This document shows positions 12,501-23,822 of a DNA stretch of 64,000 nucleotides, piece by piece. How positions within the stretch are numbered: position 1 is the first letter of the stretch; each line of letters starts with the position of its first letter. Below the pieces are notes generated by a model. That model was given only the letters and a program-made list of their open reading frames with translations. It did no database searches and had not been told where the DNA came from. The stretch is from Gnetum montanum (lineage: Eukaryota; Plantae; Gnetophyta). Position numbers and translations under genes: made by a program. Location: positions 1,222,642-1,286,641 of the forward strand of contig MNCI01001825.1 of the NCBI GenBank assembly GCA_015680685.1, in the 5' to 3' direction.

Positions 12501-13044
12501 TGAAGCCAACAACAAAGTCATCATCAATCTGCTCAAGAAAATGCTTGACAGCAACAAGAGGCAGTGGCATGAAAAGATCCTCTATGTGATATGGGCGTAT
12601 CGTACTACATGTAGGACGACTACAGACAATACGCCCTATAGCCTAGTCTACGGATCTGAGGTGGTGCTGCCCCTCAAATTGCAAATTCCTTCTCTGAGAA
12701 TGGTCCTCTCCATGATTATAAATAAGGCTCAACACACCGAGTCTCAGATCATGGATTTGGATTCTGTAGAAGAGAAGCGAATACAGACGCTTGATATGAT
12801 CGAAAAGTATCAAGACAAGCAGAGGAAAAAGCATCATCACAATCTTCAGCAGCATCCGATCAAGAAGGGAGATTTAGTTCTCAAGGCCATTCGTGAATCA
12901 GTGGGAAAATTCTCTACAAACTGGGAAGGTCCTTTCTTGGTGACGGATGTGTATGGCAACGGAGCATTCAAGCTAGTGGATATCGACGGCAATGAGTTAT
13001 CGAATCCTGTGAATCACATATATTTGAAACGATACTACATATAG
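9586..13044 (+). pseudogene. pol: Element A pol: RT, RNase H, archaeal-type RNase H, integrase (disrupted)
   Basis: RT: IRICIDFQDLNKA, MDGFSGYNQI, YVDDI. RH: PIYYLSHAL. aRH: LYFDGAS, NNVAEYEGL, IRGDSMLII, ADALA. INT: HEGLCRGH, WGLDIIG, IVTDNGPQF, NWEGPF. Confidence 0.96.
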
Positions 13045-13082
13045 CTGCATCTCTAGTGTGAACATCATGCATGGCCATAATA

Positions 13083-13595
13083 GTCCACTATGATGCTAAA
13101 CTGGCAAAAATCATTTTCTATGACGCTAAATTGGCAACAACCGTTTGCTAGGACGTAAAATTGGCACTCCCTTCACATGCCTGCCATGACACTAAACTGG
13201 CATTGATCGTCCGCCACGACGCAAAACTGGCAAGTTGTAACCATCCGCTACGACGTAAAACTGGCAGTGCTGTACAGGTTCACCAAGACAAAAAACTGGC
13301 ATTTTCTACACGCATCCGCCACGATGCTAAACTGGCATCGGCTGTCCATCATGACATAAAACTGGCAAAGGTAAGCATCCATCTGCTGAGACGTAAAACC
13401 AGTACAGACTTGTCCCTGGGTCATGACACAAACTGACACCCACAGCACAGTCTGTTGACACCATAAATCAGCTTCACCACCATCTACCACGATGTAAAAC
13501 TAGCATTTATCGGTCCGCCCAGACTTTAAACTGGGACCATGGTCTGCTGAGACTTAAAACTAGCAACGACAGTCTACCAGGACTTAAAACTAGGA
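13083..13595 (+). repeat. Array of about 17 conserved ~23-nt motifs (TCCGCCACGACGYWAAACTGGCA) with variable 6-14 nt spacers in the 3' UTR
   Basis: Units read directly, e.g. tccgccacgacgcaaaactggca (~13210), tccgctacgacgtaaaactggca (~13244), tccgccacgatgctaaactggca (~13315). Confidence 0.9.
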
Positions 13596-14777
13596 CTCAC
13601 AAGCTGCCATCATGCAAATCAAACGAGCGTGATCATCTCTGTGCAGCTACAAGGTAAACGGGGTGGGATGCTGGGACAGCCCTAGCGTCACCACCTCACC
13701 GGCATTCTATTGATCTCTTGGATGTGCTGAAGGGCATACTATTGACCCCTCAGAGATACCGTCACCGCACCCATTCCAGCAATGGTACCTCTTAGAGGTT
13801 AGTTTCACCGTCTGAAGCCCCAAAGGAGTTCTCATCAATTACAACTTTGGGGATCTCCGCTCATCATCGCTATCAAGCTCTGGCTTCATAGATTCACCTA
13901 GCTAGTTCTTTACATAACCAGTCAGGTGCGATGAGTCTAATGTTCTTTGGTGGAGATATGCTGGGTCGAGCATCAAGGTTGAAGACTCTGGCCTCGTGCT
14001 ACAGTTCCTCCTTCACGGCCCGATCAGTTTATCTCACCTCCAATAGTACTTGTTTCAACAACCTCGCTCGTGATTCGCACGAACAATGGTATCCTCTGTT
14101 TTCTTCTTTGGTTGCAGGTTACTTGTTACGAGAACGTCGTTTGAAGGTGTGTTCATCTGAGTGGTGTAATACCGACAACGTTTTGAGATGGCTGCTTAAG
14201 TTGGCCTGTCCACTCGTGGGGGTGCATCCTTGTGTTCTTCATAACCCTACCCCTAGCCCTTATCACTATCCTTAACTATCCCATCCACTTCCCGTACACA
14301 AAATGTACATACACAACACACGCTTTCCGCATTCGCATTACATTCAAGTCCATGAACCGGTGTAACGCAACTCGCCTAGTGGACACAAAAAAAAAAGAGA
14401 GAGAGCGGGGTCAGCAAAATGCGTGAAACACATCTCACCCAGGTCGTGCAGATGCAACACAATTCATCTATGCAACCCCCTTTTAATACGAAATGATGGC
14501 ATAAATCCATGCAAACGTAATCACAGGAGAATGCCTGAGTGCTTATGCGTGAAGATGCTATCCCCACCACATTCAGGTCTTCCCCAAACTACATTTGTGT
14601 CTTCCCCAAACCTGTTTCCTCCCATACCATTCTATCTCCCATTTCCTTCATCTTTGTTCCTCTGTGTTGATAGGGTGACACTTGAGTACCTGTTGATAAA
14701 CGTTGTTGGTACTTTCATTGGTCCGGTGTTTTGTATTCTTTGTCGACGTCTTTCGGGCAAGCCCTCTAACCGTCAAC

Positions 14778-14790
14778 AAAGAGGGGCCAT
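14778..14790 (+). promoter_or_regulatory. Polypurine tract of element A
   Basis: CGTCAACAAAGAGGGGCCAT lies directly before the LTR start TGAAACACC. A nearly identical junction occurs in element B. Confidence 0.85.
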
Positions 14791-16304
14791 TGAAACACCG
14801 TGGAAATTGTGAATCGGCCTCAGGTGAAGATTCACGATTCAGGCAAAATTTCGTGATAGAATTCTAGAAGGTAGAACAAGGCAAAGTAAGGTGAAATGGT
14901 GCCTGGCATCAAGTCTCCATGTTCCTTATAAATTTCAATTTTACTATGTTTTCTGTCTTTACGTTACATTACACAACATAGCGTAATGATGCTTAGCGTA
15001 ATTCTACTTAACATAGTCTAACATCAGAAGGGTCGGATTCACGCTCTGTTACGCAAGGCAGCGTCATGAGCTTCAAAAGGGTCAAAGGGAAAGTCCAAAG
15101 GAAGCGCGATAAATCGGCTCCTTTCTTTTTGCAAATTGATCACCTTATGCTTGTTACGCTACACAACGTACGTCAGCGTAATTTATTGTCGAGTTGATCA
15201 TTTTTTACGCTTCACTACGCTTTGCTGCGTAAATGAGCGTAAAACAGCTTGACTCACTATTTCCATGCTTTGTTACGCTCTACCATGCGATGTAGCGTAA
15301 ACAAGTGTAATATAGTGTAAAGCCGGCTAAAGCAATTACACATTTGCTATCCATACACGCAATACGCTGATGAGCATATTGTGCGTAATCATGAAGTAGC
15401 TTCGGTAAAAGTGTTGACAGCGTACGTTGCAATGTGATGTGACATAGCCAGTTCGTCAAGTCAACGACATCCGAAAACTTCAGGACACGTGTCATCAAGG
15501 CCGTGCCTTTTCTGCATGTTATAAATACCCCAGTTGGCGAAGAAAGGCGGGGGGAATTCTGGACATTTTTCTTTGGAGAGAGGAGCAGCGGCTGGCATCT
15601 TCAACTTTTGGCAGTTATCATCCTTGAGCAGAAACAAGAGACATTTTTCAAGCATTTGGCAGCAGGAGCGATCATACCTTTTGGGCGAAAACACAGTTCT
15701 CCCATCGGTGATCCTTGGCAGTTTTGAGCAGAGACTATCTAAATCGAAGAAGATAGATTAGAGATCGAGAGATCATCTGGTGTGGTTGGCAAGATCTATT
15801 GATCAGACACAGTTGGTTGATAGACATCTGAGCTTGACCTTCCTTGCACTCCATCTTTGGCTTACAAGGTAGACCGAGCTCCATTCTGCACTCCTTGTTA
15901 AACTATTTTTCTTATTATTTTGTGTATGTTTCGCACAAGATAATCAGAGTCTTCCCATTATAATTTTGTATACAAGATACTCGTTCTTTTAGGTCAAAGT
16001 ACAGATCTTGAAATCACGCATTTCTCTTAGATCTGATTCCCTTTGTCGCGTTAACGTTGTCATTATTGTAATTTATCTACATCGTTTTCCTCTCCTTTTG
16101 TGATCTATCGAATCAAATCGTTCCACGAAACACCTATAATCTTCGTCGATTTACTGATTTAGTAAGTCCCTGTCTGATCGACAAGACCGTTCAGGGCACT
16201 GCGGATTCGTTTTATCCAGCACAGCCCTCGCACGGATCTGTGGTTAAGACTGTGTACACGGATTTTGTTTGGTATTCCAGCTGCCGACATTTTCTGTCGT
16301 TACA
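14791..16304 (+). repeat. Element A 3' LTR (1514 bp, TG...CA)
   Basis: Starts TGAAACACC after the PPT and ends GTTACA. TATAAATA at ~15520. The last 464 nt match 1-464. Confidence 0.93.
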
Positions 16305-18760
16305 AATCTGATTGCAAATTCTTAATAAATAATAAAATACTTCATCCTTGTGATATAAAACAACAACCCAAGTAAAATGAGGGTAATCATCATCAATGGT
16401 TAGAAAATACCTTCACTTGCCAAAACTAAGTGTCTGAGAAGAACCAACTAGATCCATGTGAAGTAAATCTAAGGGATGAGAGGCAGAGAAGCAATTTTTC
16501 TTACTAAACCTTACCCTTGTTTGCTTTCTCTTTTGGCATGCTTGACAGGTGTTGAAATTAAAGCCTTTAAGTTAGGGAAATTCATGAAGCATTTTCTTTG
16601 TCACCAAGGTTTAAAGAATTTCTTTGTTTATGTGGCCCAACCTTCTATGCCACATATGAGAATCATCTATATTACTAATCATGTACTTTGATTCAAGGTT
16701 AAGATTTTCTCCAAATATAGTGATATAAACATTTTCCTTTCTAGTTCCTTCTATTACAATGTTTCCATTAGTTATGTCTTTTATTCTACAAGTTTCTTTT
16801 GAAAAAGTAACATCAAATTTTAAATTACAGAGTTGACTAACACTAAGAAGATTATGTTCTAACCTTTAAGAAAGAAAAATTTATTTAAAGTAGGTTGTCC
16901 CATACCTTCTATTCATACGGTACTAATACCTATTATAGGAGCCTGCATGTCATCTTTGAAAGTGAAAATTCTGTAATATTATTATAAAAAGTACATGAAT
17001 TAGATTTTATCTCCCATCGTATGTCTTGAACAGTCACTATCAATATACCATGTGCTTGTTTTGACTGTAGAGAGGGCAACTTGAGCCATCAAGTTCTATT
17101 CAGGCTTTCTCTCTTTTTACTTTCAAATTTCCTTTCCCCACAAAGCACCTTGTCTAGGCTACTCTTGAAAAGACCAAGTATAATGTTTCATTCAAAGATT
17201 GCAATATGGTTGAACATGTCTAGATTTCCAACAATAGAAACAATTCAATGTCCTAAATTTTGTTATGTTACTAAACCTAGAACAACTTTCTTCTAAAGAA
17301 TCCTTGATGCATACATCCCTTTGGTCTTGTTCTTTAGGCTATTTTGAAAAGTTCTTATTCATCAGCTCAATGACCTTGGTTAGGCTTTGAATCTCAATCG
17401 TTAAGTTTGAGTTTTCTTTCTTAAGATAAGAAAATTCATCAATAAGAGTAGTAATATTTATATCTTTGTCATGTAAGGTATCTTTTATTTTAAAGAATAG
17501 ACTTTAAAAATAAATAATTTCATTGCAAAGAAACTCATACGTTTCTTTGAAGGAGTTTTCATCTTCTTTATGATGACTTCTATGATTATTTGAACTTCCT
17601 TTACTAATGTAGTAGAGGAACTGAATATAGCACTTCAAGAAGTTAATGAAACATATCAATCTATTCTGTACACTTGAATCTAGTAACTGCTAGTGATCTT
17701 ATGTTTGTTTTTCCTTTCATATTCATGTTGAGTTATTAATGTAATATTACTAAGCTTCGATACCACTTGTGGATCAAAAAACTTAGAAAAGGGCTTGAAT
17801 AAGTTTTCCAAATTAAAATTTCACCTACCAGAAAAACACAACCAAATTTTACATGGTTTTCCAACTTGGATATGTCAATACTCGAAGGGTAGAATCCATG
17901 CACATCTCAAAAATGTGGTTTAACGGGCATCAAATCCTATACAAGCTCTAAGCTCTACTCTAAAGTGTTTTGTCATTGCAAAACCACACAACCCTGCAAG
18001 GTCCCAACAAGCTCAAAATGTAGTTTCAAGGATCTCACAAACTTTACCAAATTGAGCTCCACAGAGGAATGCTTTTACATTATAAAGCCACTCAACCTTG
18101 TAAGGTTCCAACAAGTTGAATGCGAATGCCTTCTAGCAATAAGCACATCAACCTCATAGGGCTACAACAAAGAGAGAAACACATAAGAAAAGAATGTAAA
18201 TAAATTTACAATTCATTATACTTGAAGCTTATTACAACTTACAATCAAGAAAATGATGTTACAATGAGGGACAATAATAGAATTGCATAGAATAGATAAT
18301 GATGAGCTTGAATGTGAATACTGTTTGCGCAATTCTCAAGATTTTGAAAGATTCTTATAGCTTTGGAGTTTTCAAAAACTCCCTAGAATTCATGTAATGG
18401 CTACCAAATGGTTAGTGTATACATCTACTTTGAAGTTGGGACAACTACCTAAGATTCACCTTAATTTAGGAGAGACATCTTACTAGAAAATGGAACATCT
18501 TTAGGGAGACATCTACTCATGGATGTAGATGTATACTGATTTTAAGAGACATGTACTTAACTTTTGATGTCTATCTTTTGAGGCTTTCTCCTATCAATTT
18601 TTCTTCTTGCCAATCCTTGGAGCATCTTCATTTGATTTGTAGCCTTCATTTTCATCCATGCTCTCATCTTGCCCATGTAATCCTCATTTTGACATGTCAT
18701 TGTAGATCTCATTTCCTTGATTTNNNNNNNNNNNNNNNNNNNNNNNNNNNNNNNNNNNNN
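16305..18760 (-). mobile_element. Degenerate Ty1/copia (SIRE-like) element: 5' LTR remnant, tRNA-Met PBS, gag-PR-INT; integrase interrupted by element A
   Basis: Minus-strand PBS TGGTATCGAAGC (17765-17754) next to the LTR end at 17768. Protease STWYIDSDCSRHTMGDK (~17055-17005), MWHRRLGHIN (~16655), and integrase PLDLLHMDLVG and DDDYPHFTWV running up to the element A boundary. The far LTR end is uncertain (gap at 18724-18761). Confidence 0.88.
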
Positions 18761-19429
18761 NATTATAGTTCACAAAGTTGTAACTCTTTATATCTTTTTC
18801 CAATTTCTCTTAATTTGGAATTTCACATTAAATCTGTATTTTAATGTTATGAGCTTTTTCAACCTTTTGGTATGTCAAAACCTTATGGAAAATGGAGAAA
18901 ATAGAATGTTTGTGATNNNNTGGAAAAATAAAATTGTCTAAGTCTTTCAAAAATTCAATTATTCCCTTCATAGAGGCTAGACTAGGTAAATCAATCATCA
19001 TGATGAACAGTTGATCCAGCTACAATAGATAAACAAAAGTGTTTCTTAACATCACATTAAATAGAATCTCATGGCCTGCAAGCTAAGAAGAAAATCCATT
19101 AATTTTATTATAATAATTTTTCATTATATTACAATTACCATAAAAAAGCCGAGGAATGTTAGGCAAACTTTGGAGAAGAAGCGAACACAATACATAGGAA
19201 TTTTAGGCAATGGAAAAATTACTTGATTATCTTGTCTTCATAATGAATCATCTAATAAAGTTTGTATTTTTAGAAAGATTAGGAGTTTCTATAAAATTTG
19301 GAAATAAGAAGTACTAAAAAATATGAAAATTGATGTTATTTTATGTTCTTCCCAACCTATTAAAAATCACAGTAATTCTCATAGTGTAACTTTGAAAGAT
19401 GATAACTCTAATGGTCTTGTATGTTTCAT

Positions 19430-19990
19430 GGTAAAATTTCTTCATTTGGTAGTTTTGTATATTAATTAATGAGTGGCAATGTAGATCCTATGTCCAACTA
19501 TAAAGATCACAATCATTCACATGCAACTTGATTGAATTCTATAGACTAGACTAGTTTCAATGTTTAGATAGCTAGGTGATTGATCATTAGTTGCTATCTT
19601 CCAGTAACACATCTGGGAGCTAGTTCATATAGTTAAGTGTGATTGAGGTGTATGATTTTGATGTTGTAATGATCATATCTAAAAAAAATACTTTTAAAAT
19701 ATTAAAATATTTAAAATATAAGTGATACACTTCAAGTGTAAGAAACAAATCTAATTGAGCCTGTAAACATCCATTTCCAACTTATCACACACATCATGAA
19801 TTTATGCTAATATTGTTGGGTTACTAAGTATCCACTGGATATACCAAGTGGCATACTACTAAGATCACTAAACATTTGTATTGACTATGCACAACTAGAT
19901 TAAAGGTGGTTTACAAGAAGTGAAAATGTATGAAGGTGCTTTTCAATAAGGGCAAGGCCTAATTCATTTCCTACTCTAGAGGGGAGATTT
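19430..19990 (+). mobile_element. Highly decayed copia RT/RNase H 3' remnant ending in a PPT
   Basis: Traces resembling GSLxY (~19448) and the RH C-terminus (HF..I, VST..Q.A...TKSL, ~19780-19870), followed by AGAGGGGAGATT, similar to the copia PPT GGGGGAG. Confidence 0.45.
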
Positions 19991-22900
19991 ATCAAGATTA
20001 ATTGTAAGGATGAAAGTCTAACTAGACATCCCAAAATTTTTGGGCTTTTTCTTTAGACTCTATCTTCAATGATATGATGCACTCTAATTTTTAAATTATT
20101 ATTGTTATTTTTATAGTGGAGAGGCCAATCTATCTAGTAGAATAATAGTGGGGATGAGAGTCTACCATATTTTGTTAATGCAAACTTCGTCCACCTAGCT
20201 CACTGTCAATCATGAGAAATATGGTCGACCTTGAGGCAATGACTACTTGCACCTACATATGAAGCTAAGCATAAGACTGATGCTACTACTATCTAGCATC
20301 TACCAAAGACCTAACATAATCATGCCTACCATGGATATGCAAGGTCAAGCTTTAGACCCTACTCAAATCTAGACACACTTCGGGGACTTCTACAAAGACC
20401 TTTTTGACAAGCTCAGCAAGCATGGCTAGATCAAGAGCCTCAAGTGTAATAACCTATATTTTAATAACATTGCAAAATGGTAGAGGATGGTTAATAATAT
20501 TAATATTAGTTATATATATATATATATGCATAATTAATTTTTCTTAGCATTTGATAAATTGTTATTACTCATTTTTACTATTATGCATGATCAAAGATTT
20601 TTACCTATCACTCGTATGTACTAACTAGGTGAATGATTTGTGATAGGTTCTCATAAAGGCTATGGCATGGGCATGGTATTACCATAATGGCTATGATAGC
20701 ATGACATGTGATTTATCCATGTAATTTGTAATTTTAATTTTACTTTGGCTATTACTTAGATTAAAGGGGAGAAAGATAGATTAGTCACATTGGTCTTTGA
20801 GGTAGATAAGAGAGGGTAGCTAGGTCACATGATTTTAGAGTAGACAGAGTAGGGAAGAAGCCTTTAAGTACTACCCACTCCTTTAACCCAAAGCATTCTT
20901 GGTCTCTTAGTTCTTGGGTTGAAGGGATGCTAGGTTGAAGGAGTGTGAGGAGCTTAGGGGTCTAGGGAGCATGTGGAAAAACTTAAGTAACAGAAGCTAG
21001 CAACATATGTATGAGTAATCTTGATCCCCTTTTCATTGTTGTTTCAGTTCACCATGTTTTGCACAGATTGAGGTTGGTATTTTTTTTAATTGATGTAAGA
21101 TCTTGTAGATCTAGCATACTTGGAGTTGGGTATTGCTTCCACATTCTGAATTTGAATTTTCATTGCTGGATTTGTTTATTTTTCCTAATTTATAGTACTT
21201 CCTATGAACTTTGCCTTTTCAAGGTTTAGGATGATTCAAATAGGTCTTGGTAAAATATCCATATCTCTCCCTGTGCTTCAAATCTGGTTTTAATCTACCT
21301 ATTGTTAGATTCCTTAAGAAATTATCTACAACCTTCATAAGAAATTAGATCATAATTCATTATATATTAGGCACTACAATTTACTTTTTCAAAGCTATCT
21401 AGAATCACAACAATTTCAGTGGGTTTATTGCATTTCTGATTCTAACATTTTGATATTATACTTAAAACATATATACCATCCCGATACAAGTGAAAGCACT
21501 AGAAATTATCTTGTGTAGTTAGAGTTATAATTCCATCTTTGGGGGTTTTCTAAATTTGTTTGAATATACGTAGAAACTTGATACTAAGATTCATCTTTTA
21601 ATATTTTGATATCTATAGCTTGGTTTCTTCTAAAATTTTAATTGATATCTATAGCTTGGTTTCTTCTAAAATTTTAATGACACTTAGAAGTGGTGTTATG
21701 TTTTCAACTGAAGTGAAAGGAGTTAAAAATATGATCATTTGATAGAGTTATATAAGATTTTCTATTAGTCACCCATTCTTATTCTATTTCTAATTGTCTA
21801 TAATGTTGGATTGATATTTATTGCTATGAATATGTAATTGTCTAAATATTTTTACTATAACTAAGTATGGATATTAGCATTCATTTAAATAGTTAATTAA
21901 GGGGAAATTCATATGGATGTGTAAGTTATGGGAGTTTTATTGTGGCTATTCAATTTGCTAATTATCTTGTTTGAGATGTTGAATTCTAGTGAAGTTGTTA
22001 GGAGATGTGTATCATTTTCTGATTTTGATCCTTGTCACTGCTATATCTCTTTTGAAGTTGTTGTTGGATATTACCCATTACAAATTGTTGAAGGGATGTG
22101 ACTTTTAATTGATGGTGAATCTTTGCACCTTTGGAACTTGTATTTTGTTGGGTTTAGTCTTGTGATTGGGTGTTGAAATCTTAAAGGATTTGGATCTATT
22201 GAATTGGACTTTTTGGGATTCTTGGACTATTGGATTTGTTGGAACATGCCAAATTGTTGATCTTTGAATTGTTGTAAAACATGTCAGATTTTGGAATTAT
22301 GGATGACATGTTGGATTAATGGTCCTTATGTTGGCTTATGTAAAAATGATGTTGAGTCCCTCCACCATCAATGTCAATTTTCCATCTTTTGATGATTGTG
22401 AAATTTCTTGATGATGAAATGGTTTGGTTGTTTGCTATGTGTTTGGATGATGGAGCTAGCACTGAGTGTGTGGCTGGTTGGAGATGAAGCTCCCTGGAGA
22501 TGACTTTTTGATTGAGCCCCACCTTCACTGCACCAATATGTCTCTAGCTACAGGGCCCATTCAACAACAAAGGGTGATCCATGGCTCATTGGTCATGTTT
22601 GATGACTCTAGAATATAGAGGTGGGTATCCGCAAGGACACTTGTAGCATCAATATGTTTGAAAACCTTGGTGATGAATCCACAGGGACCAACTTGGTTTA
22701 AATCTTGGTGGAATATCTACAGGGATCACCTTAATTCATTGAGACTAATAATAAATCCATGTGCATGGTAATTTAATATTTTGTTGAAAAATTTAATTTG
22801 GAAATTGGAAAATATTCATGACAACTTGATACACATTGACACTGAGTGTGGTGCATGCTAGCCTCTTTGTTTGCTCAATTGATGCATGAAGTAAACGATT

Positions 22901-23612
22901 GTTGGTTTTGGACCATTATGATGGTCAAATAGATTAATCCCATTCTTGATGGATGTTTGTGTCAGTTGTGTGTTTAGATATTCTTTGCATTGATAGATGT
23001 ATGGCATTGGATTTTTGGCATGTTTGTCATGGATGATTTTGGATGATGTAGCATTGTATGTTTGAAGATGCTTGGCTTTGATTGTTTTGTAGGTTGCCAT
23101 GCCCTACCTAGGCTCCATGAGACATATCCTTGATTTAGCCAGAAGATGGTGCCAAAGTTGCTCACTCAATAGTAGCTAATATTTTAGTTTATTGTACAGG
23201 TACTTTGGGCTAGGAAGAGCATGGAATACATGTGGTATCTAGGAGATGCTCATAATACAAGTAGAAATTATATATTATTCATAAATAGATATATATTAAT
23301 TTGATTTACATGTTTGATCTTTTATAGTAGACTTGTATAAATTATGAATTATGTAGTGACAATGAGAACTTATCATATTTCTTCATGTAAAATGTTTCAG
23401 ATGAGATCATTATGGTATTTATGAAGCCATTGATGTAAGATTTCTTTTAGTTGATGCTTATAATTTAACTCTTTATTACATGTATATATTTTCATCTTAA
23501 TATTAAAAGCTATAATGTATTCTCATTATCTTATCATTTAATCTCTTCTTCCTCTTGGTTATTACTTAACCATGATTCCTTTCTTATTTGTTTTTCCCCA
23601 CATAATGTTAAG

Positions 23613-23822
23613 GAGGGTGTTACATCAACGTCTGCGAAAAACCTTGCTACTGACCATTGATCAATAATGTCTACATTAAGTTCTACGAGGAAGATCAGGT
23701 AGCCACAATGTTGCATGTGCTTTCTGGAAGATTCTACGCCTGTTACGGACTTTTGCAAGGCCACTTGCAGATAGTATGAGGATTTATGTAATCGTAGAGG
23801 GAGGGCTCTATAACTTTATGTG
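23613..23822 (+). pseudogene. U2AF35: Fragment of splicing factor U2AF small subunit (U2AF35), RRM/UHM to second zinc finger
   Basis: With frameshifts it reads INVCE.NLA.DH.INNVYIKFYEEDQVATMLHVLSGRFY..PVTDFCKATCR*YEDLCNR.G..YNFM. This matches the plant U2AF35 consensus NVCDNLADH..GNVYVQF.EE..A...L.GRFY...SPVTDFREATCRQYE...CNRGGYCNFMH. Confidence 0.8.

Larger units (their letters stand above)
1..16304 (+). mobile_element. Element A: Ty3/gypsy Tat-clade (Ogre/Retand-like) LTR retrotransposon; 5' LTR truncated by the window edge
   Basis: 1-464 repeats at 15841-16304. PBS at 471, PPT at 14778. Gag, zinc knuckle, PR, RT, RH, aRH and INT motifs occur in that order. Confidence 0.97.

Noticed and set aside
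13083-13595. CRISPR-like repeat/spacer appearance
   Set aside because: The spacers are only 6-14 nt, the repeats are degenerate, there are no cas genes, and the array lies in the 3' UTR of a plant LTR retrotransposon.
21606-21677. 36-bp tandem duplication (and a 45-bp one at about 24956-25035)
   Set aside because: Ordinary local slippage in decayed intergenic DNA, with no sign of function.
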